64,000 nucleotides of DNA from Acidimicrobiia bacterium (GCA_009694375.1 SHVB01000006.1:51017-115016), one strand, 5' to 3'; counted from the first letter of the stretch, positions 21,746-32,931 are shown. The notes: generated from the letters alone by a model not told the origin. Numbers and translations: made by a program.

Positions 21746-22503
21746 TCCTGGCTGAGGAGTTTGCGGTTCTTTAGTTGGGCCTTCACGTAGTCGCGGTTCA
21801 TGTAGGCGATGAAGTCGATCGAAATCTCCTTCGGACAGGCCTCTTGGCACTCGCCGTGGTTGGTGCAGGAGCCGAAGAACTCCTCCATGGTGTCCACCAT
21901 GTTCTGCACCCGGGTATAGCGCTCGGCCTGGCCCTGCGGGAGAAGGTTCAGGTGGTTGATCTTGGCGGCGGTGAAGAGTTGTCCGGCACTGTTCGGGCAG
22001 GCCGCCACACAGGCCCCACAGCCGATGCAGGCGGCTGCGTCCATGGCCGCATCGGCCACCTCTTTGGGAATGAGGGTGAGGTTGGCATCAGGAGCGGCCC
22101 CGGTGGGGGCGGTGATGTAGCCGCCGGACTCCACGATCTTGTCGAAGGCGGAGCGGTTCACGATGAGGTCTTTCAGCACCGGGAACGCGGCAGCCCGCCA
22201 GGGCTCGATAAAAATCTCGGCTCCGTCTTCGAACTTTCGCATGTGGAGTTGGCAGGTGGCGGTGCCGCGCTGGGGGCCGTGGGCCTGCCCGTTGATCATC
22301 ATCCCGCAACTCCCGCAGATGCCTTCGCGGCAGTCGTGCTCGAACGCGATGGGTTCCCGGCCCTGCGCGTTGAGGCGCTCATTCACGACATCGAGCATTT
22401 CCAGGAAGGACATCTCCTCGGAGATGTCGGGGGCATCGTAGGTCTCCATGGTGCCCGAGGTAGTGGGGCCGGCCTGGCGCCAAACGTGGAGTGTCACATG
22501 CAT
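21742..22503 (-). CDS. sdhB: Succinate dehydrogenase/fumarate reductase iron-sulfur subunit
   Basis: Cys clusters [27 protein letters not shown] and [12 protein letters not shown]. Lies directly downstream of sdhA. Confidence 0.93.
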   Translation of the reverse strand: MHVTLHVWRQAGPTTSGTMETYDAPDISEEMSFLEMLDVVNERLNAQGREPIAFEHDCREGICGSCGMMINGQAHGPQRGTATCQLHMRKFEDGAEIFIEPWRAAAFPVLKDLIVNRSAFDKIVESGGYITAPTGAAPDANLTLIPKEVADAAMDAAACIGCGACVAACPNSAGQLFTAAKINHLNLLPQGQAERYTRVQNMVDTMEEFFGSCTNHGECQEACPKEISIDFIAYMNRDYVKAQLKNRKLLSQD

Positions 22504-22519
22504 GAGGTGGTCGCTGTCT

Positions 22520-24439
22520 TTACTTGTAGGAGCGCTGGCTCAGGTGGACGGAATCGAAGGTGAGCGGTTCTTTTTGGAGTATGGGAGCGGCACCCTCTCC
22601 GCCCCATTCCCAGGCCGCCACGTAGGAGTAGTCGTCGTCACGACGGAGTGCCTCACCCTCCGGGGTCTGGCTCTCCTCCCGGAAATGCCCCCCGCAGGAC
22701 TCCTCCCGATTGAGGGCATCTTGCACCATCAACTCCCCGAGTTCGAGCAAGTCGGCCACTCGGCCGGCTCGCTCAAGGCTCTGGTTCATGGGGCCATCGC
22801 CGAGCACCCGCAGGTTCAGCCAGAAGTCTTCCCGCAGGGCGGGAAGCTCCCTCAGGGCCGTTTCCAGACCCGCTTTGTCGCGGGCCATACCGCAGTAGGT
22901 CCACATGATCTTGCCGAGTTCCCGGTGGTAGTGGTCCACCGACTTGGTGCCGCCGATGGAAAGCAATCGTTTCACCCGATCGTCGACGGATTGCTGTGCC
23001 TCGTTGAACACGGGGTCATTTAGCGGGACCGGTTGGCTGCCGAGATGGTCGGCGAGGTAGTTGGCGAGCGTGTAGCTGATCACGAAGTAGCCGTCGGCTA
23101 GGCCTTGCATCAGGGCGGAGGCACCGAGCCGGTTGGCGCCATGGTCGGAGAAGTTGGCTTCCCCGAGTACAAACAGGCCCGGCACGTTGGACATGAGGTG
23201 GTAGTCCACCCACAGGCCCCCCATCGTGTAGTGCACGGCGGGGTAGATGCGCATCGGCACCTGCATCGGGTCTTCGTCGGTGATGCGTTGGTACATGTCG
23301 AACAGGTTGCTGTAACGCTCGTAGACCGTGGCGGCCCCGATCCGATCACGGGCCTCGGCGAAGTCGAGGTAGACCCCGTTTTTCAGCGGTCCCACGCCCT
23401 TGCCTTCGTCCACCATGGTCTTGGCGTTGCGCGAGGCAACGTCGCGGGGCACGAGGTTGCCGAAACTCGGGTACTTGCGCTCCAGGAAATAGTCGCGCTC
23501 GTCCTCGGGGATCAACTCCGGGGAGCGGGTTTCGTTGGGATCGGTCGGCACCCAGATGCGTCCGTCGTTGCGGAGCGACTCCGACATCAAGGTGAGCTTG
23601 GACTGAAACTCGTCGGAGGCCGGGATGCAGGTGGGGTGGATCTGGGTGAAGCACGGGTTGGCGAACAAGGCCCCGCGCCGGTGGGCCCGCCAGGTGGCGG
23701 AAGCATTGGAGTACTTGGCGTTGGTGGAGAGGAAGAACACGTTGCCGTAGCCGCCGGTGCATAGCAGCACGGCATGGGCACTGTGCCGGGTGACATCGCC
23801 CGTTACGAGGTCTCGCACGATGACCCCGCAGGCCACGCCGTCTTTCACCACCAGGTCGAGCATCTCGGAGCGGGTGTGGAGTTGGATCGAACCGGCGTGC
23901 ACCTGGTTCATCATCTGCTGGTACGCCCCGAGCAGCAGTTGTTGGCCGGTTTGCCCGCGGGCGTAGAACGTCCGCGACACCTGGGCACCGCCGAAGGAAC
24001 GATTCTCCAGTAGTCCGCCGTACTCCCGAGCGAAGGGCACCCCTTGGGCCACCGACTGATCAATGATGTCGACGGACACCTCGGCGAGTCGGTGCACGTT
24101 GGCCTCACGGGAGCGGAAGTCGCCGCCCTTCACCGTGTCGTAGAACAGGCGGTGCACGGAGTCGCCGTCGCTCTTGTAGTTCTTGGCGGCGTTGATGCCA
24201 CCCTGGGCGGCAATGGAGTGCGCCCGGCGCGGGGTGTCGTGGTACGTGAAGACCTTGACGTTGTAACCCTGCTCGCCGAGGGTGGCGGCGGCGCTGGCCC
24301 CGGCGAGTCCGGAGCCGATCACGATCACATCGAAGCGGCGGCGGTTGCCGGGGGCCACCAGCTTCATGTCGAACTTGTGCTGGGTCCACTTGTCGCCCAT
24401 GGAGCCCGGGGGCACGTTGGAGTTGAGGGATCCAATCAT
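22520..24439 (-). CDS. sdhA: Succinate dehydrogenase/fumarate reductase flavoprotein subunit
   Basis: Trimmed from the 877-aa ORF to MIGSLNSNV.... Motifs [63 protein letters not shown] overlap with sdhC. Confidence 0.95.
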   Translation of the reverse strand: MIGSLNSNVPPGSMGDKWTQHKFDMKLVAPGNRRRFDVIVIGSGLAGASAAATLGEQGYNVKVFTYHDTPRRAHSIAAQGGINAAKNYKSDGDSVHRLFYDTVKGGDFRSREANVHRLAEVSVDIIDQSVAQGVPFAREYGGLLENRSFGGAQVSRTFYARGQTGQQLLLGAYQQMMNQVHAGSIQLHTRSEMLDLVVKDGVACGVIVRDLVTGDVTRHSAHAVLLCTGGYGNVFFLSTNAKYSNASATWRAHRRGALFANPCFTQIHPTCIPASDEFQSKLTLMSESLRNDGRIWVPTDPNETRSPELIPEDERDYFLERKYPSFGNLVPRDVASRNAKTMVDEGKGVGPLKNGVYLDFAEARDRIGAATVYERYSNLFDMYQRITDEDPMQVPMRIYPAVHYTMGGLWVDYHLMSNVPGLFVLGEANFSDHGANRLGASALMQGLADGYFVISYTLANYLADHLGSQPVPLNDPVFNEAQQSVDDRVKRLLSIGGTKSVDHYHRELGKIMWTYCGMARDKAGLETALRELPALREDFWLNLRVLGDGPMNQSLERAGRVADLLELGELMVQDALNREESCGGHFREESQTPEGEALRRDDDYSYVAAWEWGGEGAAPILQKEPLTFDSVHLSQRSYK

Positions 24440-25284
24440 GGGGTGGCCTCCTGGTTCTCGTACTGGGTACAGTCCACGATCACGCTGCCCTCGGTGACGC
24501 AATCCGGGTTGTTGTTGGCGCTCACCACGCCGGTGAGCACGGCGATCGGGAAACTGACGTTGATCACCATCACCAATCCAGCGAAGCCGATGGCGAATCC
24601 TCTGCGCCACGAGTTCCAGCGGGGATTGTTGAGCCCCAGGCTTTGGAACATGGACCACGAGCCGTGGAAGAGATGGATGCCGAGGCCGATGTTGGCGACG
24701 ATGTAGATCACTGCCACCGGCGGGCGGCTGAGGGATGCCACCAGGTTCCGGTACACATCTCCGGTCACGAAACCAGGGTTCACCACACCGAAGGTGAGGT
24801 CGGCGAGGTGGAACAGGATGAACAGCGCCACCACGATGCCGGTCCAGCGCATGGAGCGACTGGCGGCGTTGGCGGCCTGGTAGTGGCGGCGTTGCTCGTA
24901 GCCCGAACCGTTGGCCCGATGGTTCATCCGGGTGAGGCCGTAGGCGGAGTGGATGTGGAACCCGATGGCCACCAGCAGGCCACCGCGCATGATCCACAGC
25001 GCGATCGTGGGCGGCAGAATGGGTACCAGGAGTTGCTGGAGAAACTCGGCGTAGTGGTTGAGAGCCTCGGCCCCCAAGTACACCTTGAGGTTTCCGATGG
25101 CGTGGAAGAACACGAACCCCATGACCATGATCCCGGTGACGGCCATCACCCACTTCTTGCCCACCGCGGAGCGATAGAACGTTACGGGCCAGGGGGCTGT
25201 GCCGCCCCGCTTGGGGTTGATCGGCGGGATTTCGGGCCGTTCCATGGTCGTCGCCATTGCTCGATCTGCCTCCGATGGCGTCAT
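24436..25284 (-). CDS. sdhC: Succinate dehydrogenase cytochrome b (membrane anchor) subunit
   Basis: Multi-pass protein with [22 protein letters not shown] and [16 protein letters not shown] (heme-ligand His pattern). ATG 25284 was chosen because an AGGAAG RBS lies 6 nt upstream; 25257 and 25245 are alternatives. Confidence 0.8.
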   Translation of the reverse strand: MTPSEADRAMATTMERPEIPPINPKRGGTAPWPVTFYRSAVGKKWVMAVTGIMVMGFVFFHAIGNLKVYLGAEALNHYAEFLQQLLVPILPPTIALWIMRGGLLVAIGFHIHSAYGLTRMNHRANGSGYEQRRHYQAANAASRSMRWTGIVVALFILFHLADLTFGVVNPGFVTGDVYRNLVASLSRPPVAVIYIVANIGLGIHLFHGSWSMFQSLGLNNPRWNSWRRGFAIGFAGLVMVINVSFPIAVLTGVVSANNNPDCVTEGSVIVDCTQYENQEATP

Positions 25285-25349
25285 CGATGTCTTCCTAGAT
25301 CCGAACCTATCGCCTCGGCTCGGGTTCAATTCAACCGGAGCGGGTCGAA

Positions 25350-27491
25350 TCAGGTTGGGACGATGATGGCCTCGTAGTAGTTGTCGGCCCGCTCGCCGCC
25401 GCCGACCATGGCGATTTCCAGGGTCACAGCGCCGGGGGCATCGGGGACCGTGGCGCGCACCGTGCCCACTCGTTGGCAGCGATCGGCGGGGATGTCTCCG
25501 ACCCAGCGCCATGGGCGGGAATCCCCCTCGGGCCAGGAGAGGGTGGCGGTGACCTCGACGTCGGTCACGATATGTCGGCGGTCACTCACGACATGGACGT
25601 CGAGGTTCAGCACATCGCCGGGCCGGAGGACCTCGGGGAGTCGGTCGGCCACCACGATGATCGGCTGACAGGCCAGCCGCAGGGCTTCGTAGGCCAACTT
25701 GGGTTGTCGGTCTTCGCCGAGCACGGACCAGCTAACGGCGGGGTGGCCATCGGCGAAGCAGAACTGGGCGAAACCGCCGGTGGGTTGATATTTGATCCGG
25801 CGCAGCGCTTCGATTTGCCGCCGAACCACCACGGCTTGGTAGGTCTGCGTCGCCATTTTCCATTCCTCGAAGGTGGCGTAGTTCCCGGGCGGCACGAACC
25901 GATCGAAGAGGGCTTTCTGCAAGGCATGGGTGTGGCCGAGCCGTTCCCAGGGCAGATCGGGCCAGCGCTCGGGTTCGCAGAACGCCGCGTTGGTGGGTAC
26001 GGCTTGGGCCCCGAACTCGGTGACGAACCGGCCGAGGCGGGGCATGACCCGCAGGAAGGCGGGGAGGTCGCGTTCGTGGCCGTGATACCACCCGAAATAG
26101 AGGTGGCTGTCGGTGCCGTCGAATTGGGGTGGATGGGGGAGAACCCCGGAGTGGGCGATGACCGGGCGAGTGGAGTCGGCCCGTTCGAAGGCCTGTTTCA
26201 CGGAGTGGTCGAGCACAGTCTTGTTCCAACTCGGGAGGGTCTGGGCCGCCAAGGCTCGGATCGCCATCTTTGTCAGCGCCTTGGGTTGGCCCCACATTGA
26301 CGATTCGTTTTCAATGGCCATCGGCTCGTTGTGTCCACACCACAGCGCGATCGACGGGTGGTGGCCGAGGAGGTCTACCGCCTGGGCCACTTGCCGCACG
26401 GCCTGCTTTCGGATACCCCGCCCGTAGCCCCACTGGAGGGGGAAGTCCTGCCAGAGGAGCAGGCCGGCCTCGTCGGCGGCGACGTAAAACTCGGGTCGGG
26501 TGATGTGGGCGTGGACGCGCAGGAAGTCGAGACCGGCGCCGGTGGCGAGGGCCACGTCGTTGGCCAACTCGGCGGGGGTGGCTTCGCCGAGGGCCATACG
26601 GGTGGGCCCGTGATTAGAGCCTTTGAGGAAGAGGCGCTCGCCGTTGACCGACGCGATCCAGTCTTTGAGGCGCACCTGGCGCAGGCCGGTGCGAAGGCGG
26701 CGTTCGTCGGAAACGCCACCACCTTCGCGGCGGTCGAGGTCTATCTGCACATGCAGGTCGTGCAGCGTTGGGTCGCCAAGGGCGTGGGGCCACCAGAGCG
26801 CGGGGTGCTCCACGGTGAGGGTCCACTCCACCTCGTTGGCTCCCGCCGCTAAGGGTTGTGTCACGGCGTGGTCGAGCTGGCCGAGGGTGCTGCGCAGCGT
26901 CACGGTGCGCGCGTCGTCGCTATCGAGGGTGGCGCGCAGTGATACGACGGCGCGATCGGGGTTGGCTTCTTGGCACACAACACTCAGGCGCGTGATGCGA
27001 ACTGGGCCGGTTTCGGTGATGCGGACGGGGCGCCAGAGTCCACCCGGATTCCAGTCGGGGTCGAGGCAATCCCAATGCTGGAACACCCCGGTGATGTTCT
27101 GTTTGGCGGTGCGATTGGTGGGCCGGGCGCAGGTGACCTCCACCGCCAGTTGATGCTCGCCCCGGGCTCGGAGAGCATCGGTTACCTCGAAACTGTGGGG
27201 GGCGAAGTACCCCTCGGTGTCTCCGAGGTAGGCGCCGTCGAGCCAGACGTCGCCTTGGTAAAAGAGGCCTTCGAAGGTCAACCAGGCCCGCCGGCTCGCC
27301 GCCGGGCCCATCACGGAGAAACCGTGGCGGTACAAGAGCGGGCCATCGGTGTTGGCGAAGGCCGCCACCGAGCGCCAGTGGCCGGGGACCTCCACCGCTT
27401 CCCATCCGTGGTCGTCGAAGGAATCCTCCTGCCAACGGCGGCGGAGCTCTTCATTGGCAACAGCGGCGCGCCAGGTCCCGGTGAGCTCCAT
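25350..27491 (-). CDS. Glycoside hydrolase family 2 (beta-mannosidase-like)
   Basis: Trimmed to MELTGTWRAAV.... N-terminal HGWEAVEVPGHW, acid/base WCGHNEP, nucleophile region FVTEFGAQAVP. Confidence 0.82.
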   Translation of the reverse strand: MELTGTWRAAVANEELRRRWQEDSFDDHGWEAVEVPGHWRSVAAFANTDGPLLYRHGFSVMGPAASRRAWLTFEGLFYQGDVWLDGAYLGDTEGYFAPHSFEVTDALRARGEHQLAVEVTCARPTNRTAKQNITGVFQHWDCLDPDWNPGGLWRPVRITETGPVRITRLSVVCQEANPDRAVVSLRATLDSDDARTVTLRSTLGQLDHAVTQPLAAGANEVEWTLTVEHPALWWPHALGDPTLHDLHVQIDLDRREGGGVSDERRLRTGLRQVRLKDWIASVNGERLFLKGSNHGPTRMALGEATPAELANDVALATGAGLDFLRVHAHITRPEFYVAADEAGLLLWQDFPLQWGYGRGIRKQAVRQVAQAVDLLGHHPSIALWCGHNEPMAIENESSMWGQPKALTKMAIRALAAQTLPSWNKTVLDHSVKQAFERADSTRPVIAHSGVLPHPPQFDGTDSHLYFGWYHGHERDLPAFLRVMPRLGRFVTEFGAQAVPTNAAFCEPERWPDLPWERLGHTHALQKALFDRFVPPGNYATFEEWKMATQTYQAVVVRRQIEALRRIKYQPTGGFAQFCFADGHPAVSWSVLGEDRQPKLAYEALRLACQPIIVVADRLPEVLRPGDVLNLDVHVVSDRRHIVTDVEVTATLSWPEGDSRPWRWVGDIPADRCQRVGTVRATVPDAPGAVTLEIAMVGGGERADNYYEAIIVPT

Positions 27492-27564
27492 GGGAGCGTC
27501 ACCGTAGTGGTCCCACCCGTGCAGTGCCGCTGTCGCGGAACGGGTCGGGGACGGCGACGATAGG

Positions 27565-28995
27565 TTGGCCCTTATGACGTCGCCTTCCGACCATCCATCC
27601 CCCGCCACCTTGGGCCAACTCCGCGCGTCGGGTTGGAGCTCAGTCCCGGTAAAAGATGAGCTTCGCCGCAACGCCATCGCCAAGATTCAGGCGGGTGAGG
27701 CCCTGTTCCCCGTGGTGCTCGGCTATGAGGATACGGTCCTCCCGCAACTCGAGAACGCGTTGCTGGCCGGCCATGACGTGATTTTTCTCGGCGAACGGGG
27801 TCAAGCCAAGACACGAATGATTCGTGCCCTCACCGGGCTTCTGGACGAGTGGATGCCGATCGTGGCGGGCTCGGAGATCAACGATGATCCGTACGCGCCG
27901 GTGTCTCGTCATGCTCGTGAACTGGTGGGGGACCACGGTGATGATGCGCCGATCGAATGGGTCCACCGTTCCAAGCGCTACGGCGAGAAACTAGCCACGC
28001 CGGATACCTCGATCGCCGATCTCATTGGCGAGGTCGATCCCATCAAGGTGGCCGAGGGTCGCTACTTGTCCGATGAACTCACCCTGCATTACGGCATGGT
28101 GCCGCGCACCAATCGCGGCATTTTCGCCATCAACGAACTTCCCGATCTCGCCGAGCGCATCCAGGTGGGTCTACTCAACGTGTTGGAGGAGCGGGACATC
28201 CAGGTGCGGGGGTACAAGATCAGCCTTCCGCTCGATCTGGTGTTGTTCGCGTCGGCCAACCCGGAGGACTACACCAATCGCGGGCGGATCATCACGCCCC
28301 TGAAGGACCGCTTCGGCTCGCAGATCCGCACCCACTACCCGCTGGAGGTTTCCACCGAGGTGGAGATCGCGTTGCAGGAAGCGCCACCGTTTGAGGTAGA
28401 CGGGGTGCGGGTGGTCGTGCCGGCCTACATGACCGAAATCGTGGCCACGCTGTCGCACCTGGCTCGCTCGAGCCCCCACATCAATCAGCGCTCGGGGGTA
28501 TCGGTTCGTTTTACGATCACCAACCACGAGGTGATGGTGGCCAACGCCACTCGTAGGGCCCTGCGCCACGGTGAGGCCGATGTGGCCCCGAGGGTGAGCG
28601 ATCTCGAAGCCCTGCCCGCGTCGATGATGGGAAAGATCGAGATCGAGTCGCTGGAAGAGGGACGCGACGGTCTCATTGCCGAGAATCTCGTGAAGGCGGC
28701 CGTACTCACGGTATTCAAGGATCGGTTCTCCCCGGAGCGATTCCGACCCATCGTCGCCGCTTTCGAAGAGGGCGCCATCATCCACGCCGGCGAGGATGTG
28801 ACCAGCGCCGAGTACGCGGCCCTGCTCGAGGCGCAACCGGCGATGCGGGAGGCGGTGGCCGAACTCACCGAGGGGGATTCCTCGGGGGCCAGCGTGGCCA
28901 GCGCGGTGGAGTTGCTGCTTGAGGGTCTGCATCTCAGCAAGCGCTTGAACAAAGAAAGCATCGGCGCCCGCTCCACCTATCGGGCCCGGGCCTAG
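27565..28995 (+). CDS. ChlI/MoxR-like AAA+ ATPase
   Basis: Walker A-like FLGERGQAKTRM, Walker B-like GIFAINELPDL, LLNVLEERDIQV, SANPEDYTNRGRIITPLKDRF. The start is TTG 27565 or ATG 27574. Confidence 0.8.
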   Translation: MALMTSPSDHPSPATLGQLRASGWSSVPVKDELRRNAIAKIQAGEALFPVVLGYEDTVLPQLENALLAGHDVIFLGERGQAKTRMIRALTGLLDEWMPIVAGSEINDDPYAPVSRHARELVGDHGDDAPIEWVHRSKRYGEKLATPDTSIADLIGEVDPIKVAEGRYLSDELTLHYGMVPRTNRGIFAINELPDLAERIQVGLLNVLEERDIQVRGYKISLPLDLVLFASANPEDYTNRGRIITPLKDRFGSQIRTHYPLEVSTEVEIALQEAPPFEVDGVRVVVPAYMTEIVATLSHLARSSPHINQRSGVSVRFTITNHEVMVANATRRALRHGEADVAPRVSDLEALPASMMGKIEIESLEEGRDGLIAENLVKAAVLTVFKDRFSPERFRPIVAAFEEGAIIHAGEDVTSAEYAALLEAQPAMREAVAELTEGDSSGASVASAVELLLEGLHLSKRLNKESIGARSTYRARA

Positions 28996-29001
28996 CCTCC
29001 T

Positions 29002-30156
29002 TCAGCCGAGGGCGGCCCGCCGGGCAAGATCGGCGGCGGGGGAGGGGTTGCGGTCGCGGTCGAAGAGGCCGAAGCGCAGGTCGTAGCCCTGGTGCCACTC
29101 GTAGTTGTCCACGCCGGTCCACCAGAACAGACCCTGCACGTCGATCCCTCCGGTGATGGCGTTGTGCACGATGCCCAACACGTCCTCGACGTAGTCGTGG
29201 CGTTCCCGGTCATCGGCGGTTCCGATCCCCGCCTCGGCCACCAGCAGGGGCCGGCCCGCGTGGTCGCTTCCGAGCCGTTCGAGCACATGGGCGAAGCCCT
29301 CCGCCCAGGGGACATACCCCTGCGGGCCCGGCCGCCCATTCACCGGCCAGGGCCCTACGGAGCCGTCGCCTTTCACCCCGATGGCGGAGTAGAAGGAGAA
29401 GCCGAGGTAGTCGTAGGCATCGAGTTGGGTTTCATCAGCCCAGGAGCCCCACCAGAGATCGTCAAGGCGGGCTACGGCGGCGGCGGCATCGGCGGTGTCT
29501 TCGGCGGTGAAGATTGGGATGAGGCTTTGCACGCTGGCCACCGGGGTGGTCGGGGTGCGCAGGAGGCGGGCGGCGTCGGCCCCGGCCTGGTGGATGGTGG
29601 CGAGGACGCCAGCGGCCTCCCGGGTGTCGCTATGACCGGGGGGAAGCACGCCCATCAGGTGGGAACCAAGGGCATAGAAGGTGGGTTCGTTGATGGGTTT
29701 CCACCCGCTCACGAGATCGCCGAAGGTCTCGGCCACCCAGTCCACGTGGCGGCTCCACACGAGGCGGCCCTGCTTGTCGTCGCGGAAGCCGTTGAGGTCG
29801 TCGGCGAACCACCCGGGCAGCACGAAGTGATGGAGGCAGGCCCAGATCGAGATGCCGCTGTCGCGCCCGGCTTGCAGCATCGTTCGGTAGCGCTCCACCT
29901 CGGCCTCGTCGTGGTGGCCCTGGGTGGGTTCGAGCCGGGCCCATTCGAGGGAGAGGCGGTGGTGAGTGAGGCCGTGCTCGGCGTAGAGGGCGAAGTCCTC
30001 GCCATGGCGGGTGGCGAAGCCGTTGCCGTCGCCGGATCGAGGGACCCGGCCCTGCTCCTCCCAGGCGTACCAGTCGCTGCCCGCCACCGCGCCCTCGGCC
30101 TGGGTGGCCGATGCGGCGGTCCCCCAGATGAACCCCTCCGGCCAGTTCATCGTCAT
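29002..30156 (-). CDS. Glycoside hydrolase family 1 beta-glucosidase
   Basis: FIWGTAASATQAEGA, acid/base WKPINEP, nucleophile LLVAEAGIG, DNYEWHQGY. Confidence 0.9.
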   Translation of the reverse strand: MTMNWPEGFIWGTAASATQAEGAVAGSDWYAWEEQGRVPRSGDGNGFATRHGEDFALYAEHGLTHHRLSLEWARLEPTQGHHDEAEVERYRTMLQAGRDSGISIWACLHHFVLPGWFADDLNGFRDDKQGRLVWSRHVDWVAETFGDLVSGWKPINEPTFYALGSHLMGVLPPGHSDTREAAGVLATIHQAGADAARLLRTPTTPVASVQSLIPIFTAEDTADAAAAVARLDDLWWGSWADETQLDAYDYLGFSFYSAIGVKGDGSVGPWPVNGRPGPQGYVPWAEGFAHVLERLGSDHAGRPLLVAEAGIGTADDRERHDYVEDVLGIVHNAITGGIDVQGLFWWTGVDNYEWHQGYDLRFGLFDRDRNPSPAADLARRAALG

Positions 30157-30198
30157 GGTCGGCAGCCTCCCATGTTCGGGCCAGAGCCCGCGGCGACG

Positions 30199-30849
30199 CT
30201 AAGGGCGGTTGGCTAGTTTCGCGGCGAGGTGGGTGAGGGCCTTGACCCATGCCGTGGTGTCGTGGGCGCCCTGGAGGGTCCATTCGCCCTCCACCACGAA
30301 GGTGGGTACGGCGTTGATGCCATTGGCGCGGGCGTGGGCGCGCTCGGCGCGTACGAAGTTGGCTTCCTCACTCGAGGCGAGGAGGGTGCTGGCACCGCCC
30401 CGGTCGAGACCCGCCGCCGCCGCCACCTCGGACAGGGCGCTGGGGTCGGCCACGTCCACTCCGTCGGTAAAATAGGCCCGCAGCAAGGCACCCTTGAGGG
30501 CGCGTTGGGCATCGGCTCCTTCGCCGTGCAACGCCCAGGCCAAGAGTCGATGGGCATCGAACGTGTTGGCTCGACGCATTCCTCGCCAGGCAAAGTCGAT
30601 GCCGAGCTCGAGTCCGGCTTCGCTCAGTCGGGCGTGGGCCGCTTCCACCCGTGAGCTATCCCCGTACTTTTCGGCCAAATATTCCTCCAGTAGCGGGCTA
30701 TCGCCGCCGGTGGGCACGGTGGGGTCGAGCTCAAAGGAGCGGTAGAGCACCTCCACGGCCACGCCGGTCTCGCTCACCGCCCGGTCGAACCGCCGGGCCC
30801 CCACATAGCACCAGGGGCACACCACATCGCTCCAGATCTCCACCCGCAT
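30199..30849 (-). CDS. DsbA/FrnE-like thioredoxin-fold oxidoreductase
   Basis: Trimmed from the 524-aa ORF to MRVEIWSDVVCPWCYVG (CPWC active site) and GINAVPTFVVEG. The remainder of that ORF is antisense to the VWA gene. Confidence 0.85.
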   Translation of the reverse strand: MRVEIWSDVVCPWCYVGARRFDRAVSETGVAVEVLYRSFELDPTVPTGGDSPLLEEYLAEKYGDSSRVEAAHARLSEAGLELGIDFAWRGMRRANTFDAHRLLAWALHGEGADAQRALKGALLRAYFTDGVDVADPSALSEVAAAAGLDRGGASTLLASSEEANFVRAERAHARANGINAVPTFVVEGEWTLQGAHDTTAWVKALTHLAAKLANRP

Positions 30850-30900
30850 GATCTCTGCAACCGGAGTCCCTCGGAGATTCTTCCCCGGTACGGTGTCGGC

Positions 30901-32931
30901 ATGTCTGGTGCGCCGAGATTCCGGTACTCGAAGTGGGATGGCTCGCAAGTGGGCTTCGATCTCGATGCCGATGCGGTGCTCGAGGAGATCACCGATGACC
31001 TGCTCTACCACGGCGATTTGCACGCCGCCCTGCGCCGGATGATGCAGCAGGGCTTCCGCGACCGGAACGACGAGCAGGTCCTCGGCATGCGCGATCTCAT
31101 GGAGCGCCTCCGCCGCAAGCGACGCGATCAGCTCGAGCAGTACGACCTCGGGGGTGTGTACGAGGAGATCGCCGAGTCGCTGCGGGAGGTGCTGGATATG
31201 GAGCGCGAGGGCCTCGATGAGTTGGCGCGCGAGGCCCGCGACAGCGGCGATGAGCGCCGGCAGGAGATCACCGATCAGGTGGTGGAGGAGCGGAACCTCC
31301 AACTCGACCTGTTGCCCCCCGACCTCTCCGGCATGGTGGCGCAGCTTCAGGAATACGAGTTCACCTCCAGTGAGGCGCGGGAGAAGTTCGATGAGTTGAT
31401 GGATCAGCTGCGTCAGGAGATGGCTCAGAGTTACTTCAACCAAATGTCCGGGGCCATGCAGGAGATGACCCCTGAGGCCCTCCAGCGCATGAAGGACATG
31501 CTGAACGATCTGAACGACCTGCTGGCCTTGCGGGAGTCGGGGGCCGATACGCAGCCGTCCTTCGAGCAGTTCATGCAGCGCTACGCCGACTTCTTCCCCG
31601 AACATCCCGAAACGCTCGACGAGTTGCTGGAACTGATGGCCCAGCGCATGGCCGCCATGCAGTCGATGATGAACTCGATGTCGCCCGAGCAGCGAGCGCA
31701 GCTCCAGGGCCTGTCGGATTCCCTCATGGAAGACATGGACCTCCGCTGGCAGATGGATCAGCTCGGCGGGCATCTCCGTTCCTTGTTCCCCGAGATGGGT
31801 TGGGAACGTAAATACGATTTCTCCGGTCAGGATCCCCTGGGGTTCGCCGAGGCGGCCCAGGTCCTCAACGAACTAGGGGATTTGGACCAACTGGAGCAGA
31901 TGATGCGGGGGGCCTCCTCGCCTGGCGCTCTTGCCGAGGTCGACATCGACCGGGCCCGCGATCTTCTGGGCGATGATGCCGCTCGCAGCCTGGAGCAGTT
32001 GGCCCGTCTGGCGGAGCAACTCGAGCAGGCGGGTTTGATCAATAACAAAGAGGGCAAACTGGAACTCACGCCGAAGGGTCTCCGCAAGATTGGGCGCAAC
32101 GCCCTGTCGGACCTGTTTTCGAAGATGGCGCGCGACAAACTCGGGCGTCACGAAGTGGAACACCGTGGGATCGGTCATGAGCGCACCTACGACACGAAGC
32201 CCTACGAGTTTGGTGATCCCTTCAATCTGCACATCGAGCGCACGGTGCGCAACGCGGTGCGGCGCAGCGGTGGCGGCACGCCGGTTCGTCTCACGCCGGC
32301 GGACTTCGAGATTGAGCAGACGGAGCAGACCGTGCGCAGTTCCACGGTGCTGATGCTGGATCTGTCGCTGTCGATGCCCATGCGGGATAATTTTCTGGCC
32401 GCCAAGAAGGTGGCGATGGCGTTGCACTCGTTGATCTCGATGCAGTTCCCCCGCGACTATCTCGGGATCGTTGGCTTCAGCGAGGTGGCCCGCATCATCG
32501 CTCCCGAGCAGTTACCCGAGGTGTCTTGGGATTTTGTCTACGGCACGAACATGCAGCACGGGTTCCAGTTGAGCCGCCAGCTGTTGTCCCGTCAGATCGG
32601 CACCAAGCAGATCATCATGGTGACTGATGGTGAGCCCACCGCCCACTTCGAGACGGGCATGGCTCAGCCCTTCTTTAGTTACCCGCCGGTGCAGGAGACG
32701 ATCGATGCCACCTTGCGCGAGGTGGCGCGCTGCACCAAAGACAACATCCGCATTAACACCTTCATGTTGGACGCCACGCCGTACCTGCAGACCTTCATCG
32801 AGAAACTCACGAAAATGAACCGTGGCCGGGCGTTCTTCACTACGCCCGAGACGCTCGGCGATTACGTCCTGGTCGATTTCATCGAGCAGAAACGGGCCAT
32901 GCGCACGGGCCGGGACCGCCGACCCGCCTAA
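30901..32931 (+). CDS. von Willebrand factor A domain protein (partner type of ChlI/MoxR-like ATPases)
   Basis: 676 aa. A long acidic/coiled central region, then a VWA core with the MIDAS-like VLMLDLSLSM and IIMVTDGEPTA. Confidence 0.85.
   Translation: MSGAPRFRYSKWDGSQVGFDLDADAVLEEITDDLLYHGDLHAALRRMMQQGFRDRNDEQVLGMRDLMERLRRKRRDQLEQYDLGGVYEEIAESLREVLDMEREGLDELAREARDSGDERRQEITDQVVEERNLQLDLLPPDLSGMVAQLQEYEFTSSEAREKFDELMDQLRQEMAQSYFNQMSGAMQEMTPEALQRMKDMLNDLNDLLALRESGADTQPSFEQFMQRYADFFPEHPETLDELLELMAQRMAAMQSMMNSMSPEQRAQLQGLSDSLMEDMDLRWQMDQLGGHLRSLFPEMGWERKYDFSGQDPLGFAEAAQVLNELGDLDQLEQMMRGASSPGALAEVDIDRARDLLGDDAARSLEQLARLAEQLEQAGLINNKEGKLELTPKGLRKIGRNALSDLFSKMARDKLGRHEVEHRGIGHERTYDTKPYEFGDPFNLHIERTVRNAVRRSGGGTPVRLTPADFEIEQTEQTVRSSTVLMLDLSLSMPMRDNFLAAKKVAMALHSLISMQFPRDYLGIVGFSEVARIIAPEQLPEVSWDFVYGTNMQHGFQLSRQLLSRQIGTKQIIMVTDGEPTAHFETGMAQPFFSYPPVQETIDATLREVARCTKDNIRINTFMLDATPYLQTFIEKLTKMNRGRAFFTTPETLGDYVLVDFIEQKRAMRTGRDRRPA

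Noticed and set aside
22520-25153. 877-aa ORF suggesting a giant SdhA
   Set aside because: The N-terminal ~240 aa are an out-of-frame read-through across sdhC (Arg/Pro/Gly-rich). The real sdhA starts at ATG 24439, which overlaps the sdhC stop.
30850-31773. N-terminal 300-aa extension of the DsbA-like ORF (524-aa track entry)
   Set aside because: The extension is antisense to the VWA-protein gene and consists of His/Leu/Glu-rich mirror sequence. The thioredoxin-fold protein starts at MRVEIWSDVVCPWC.
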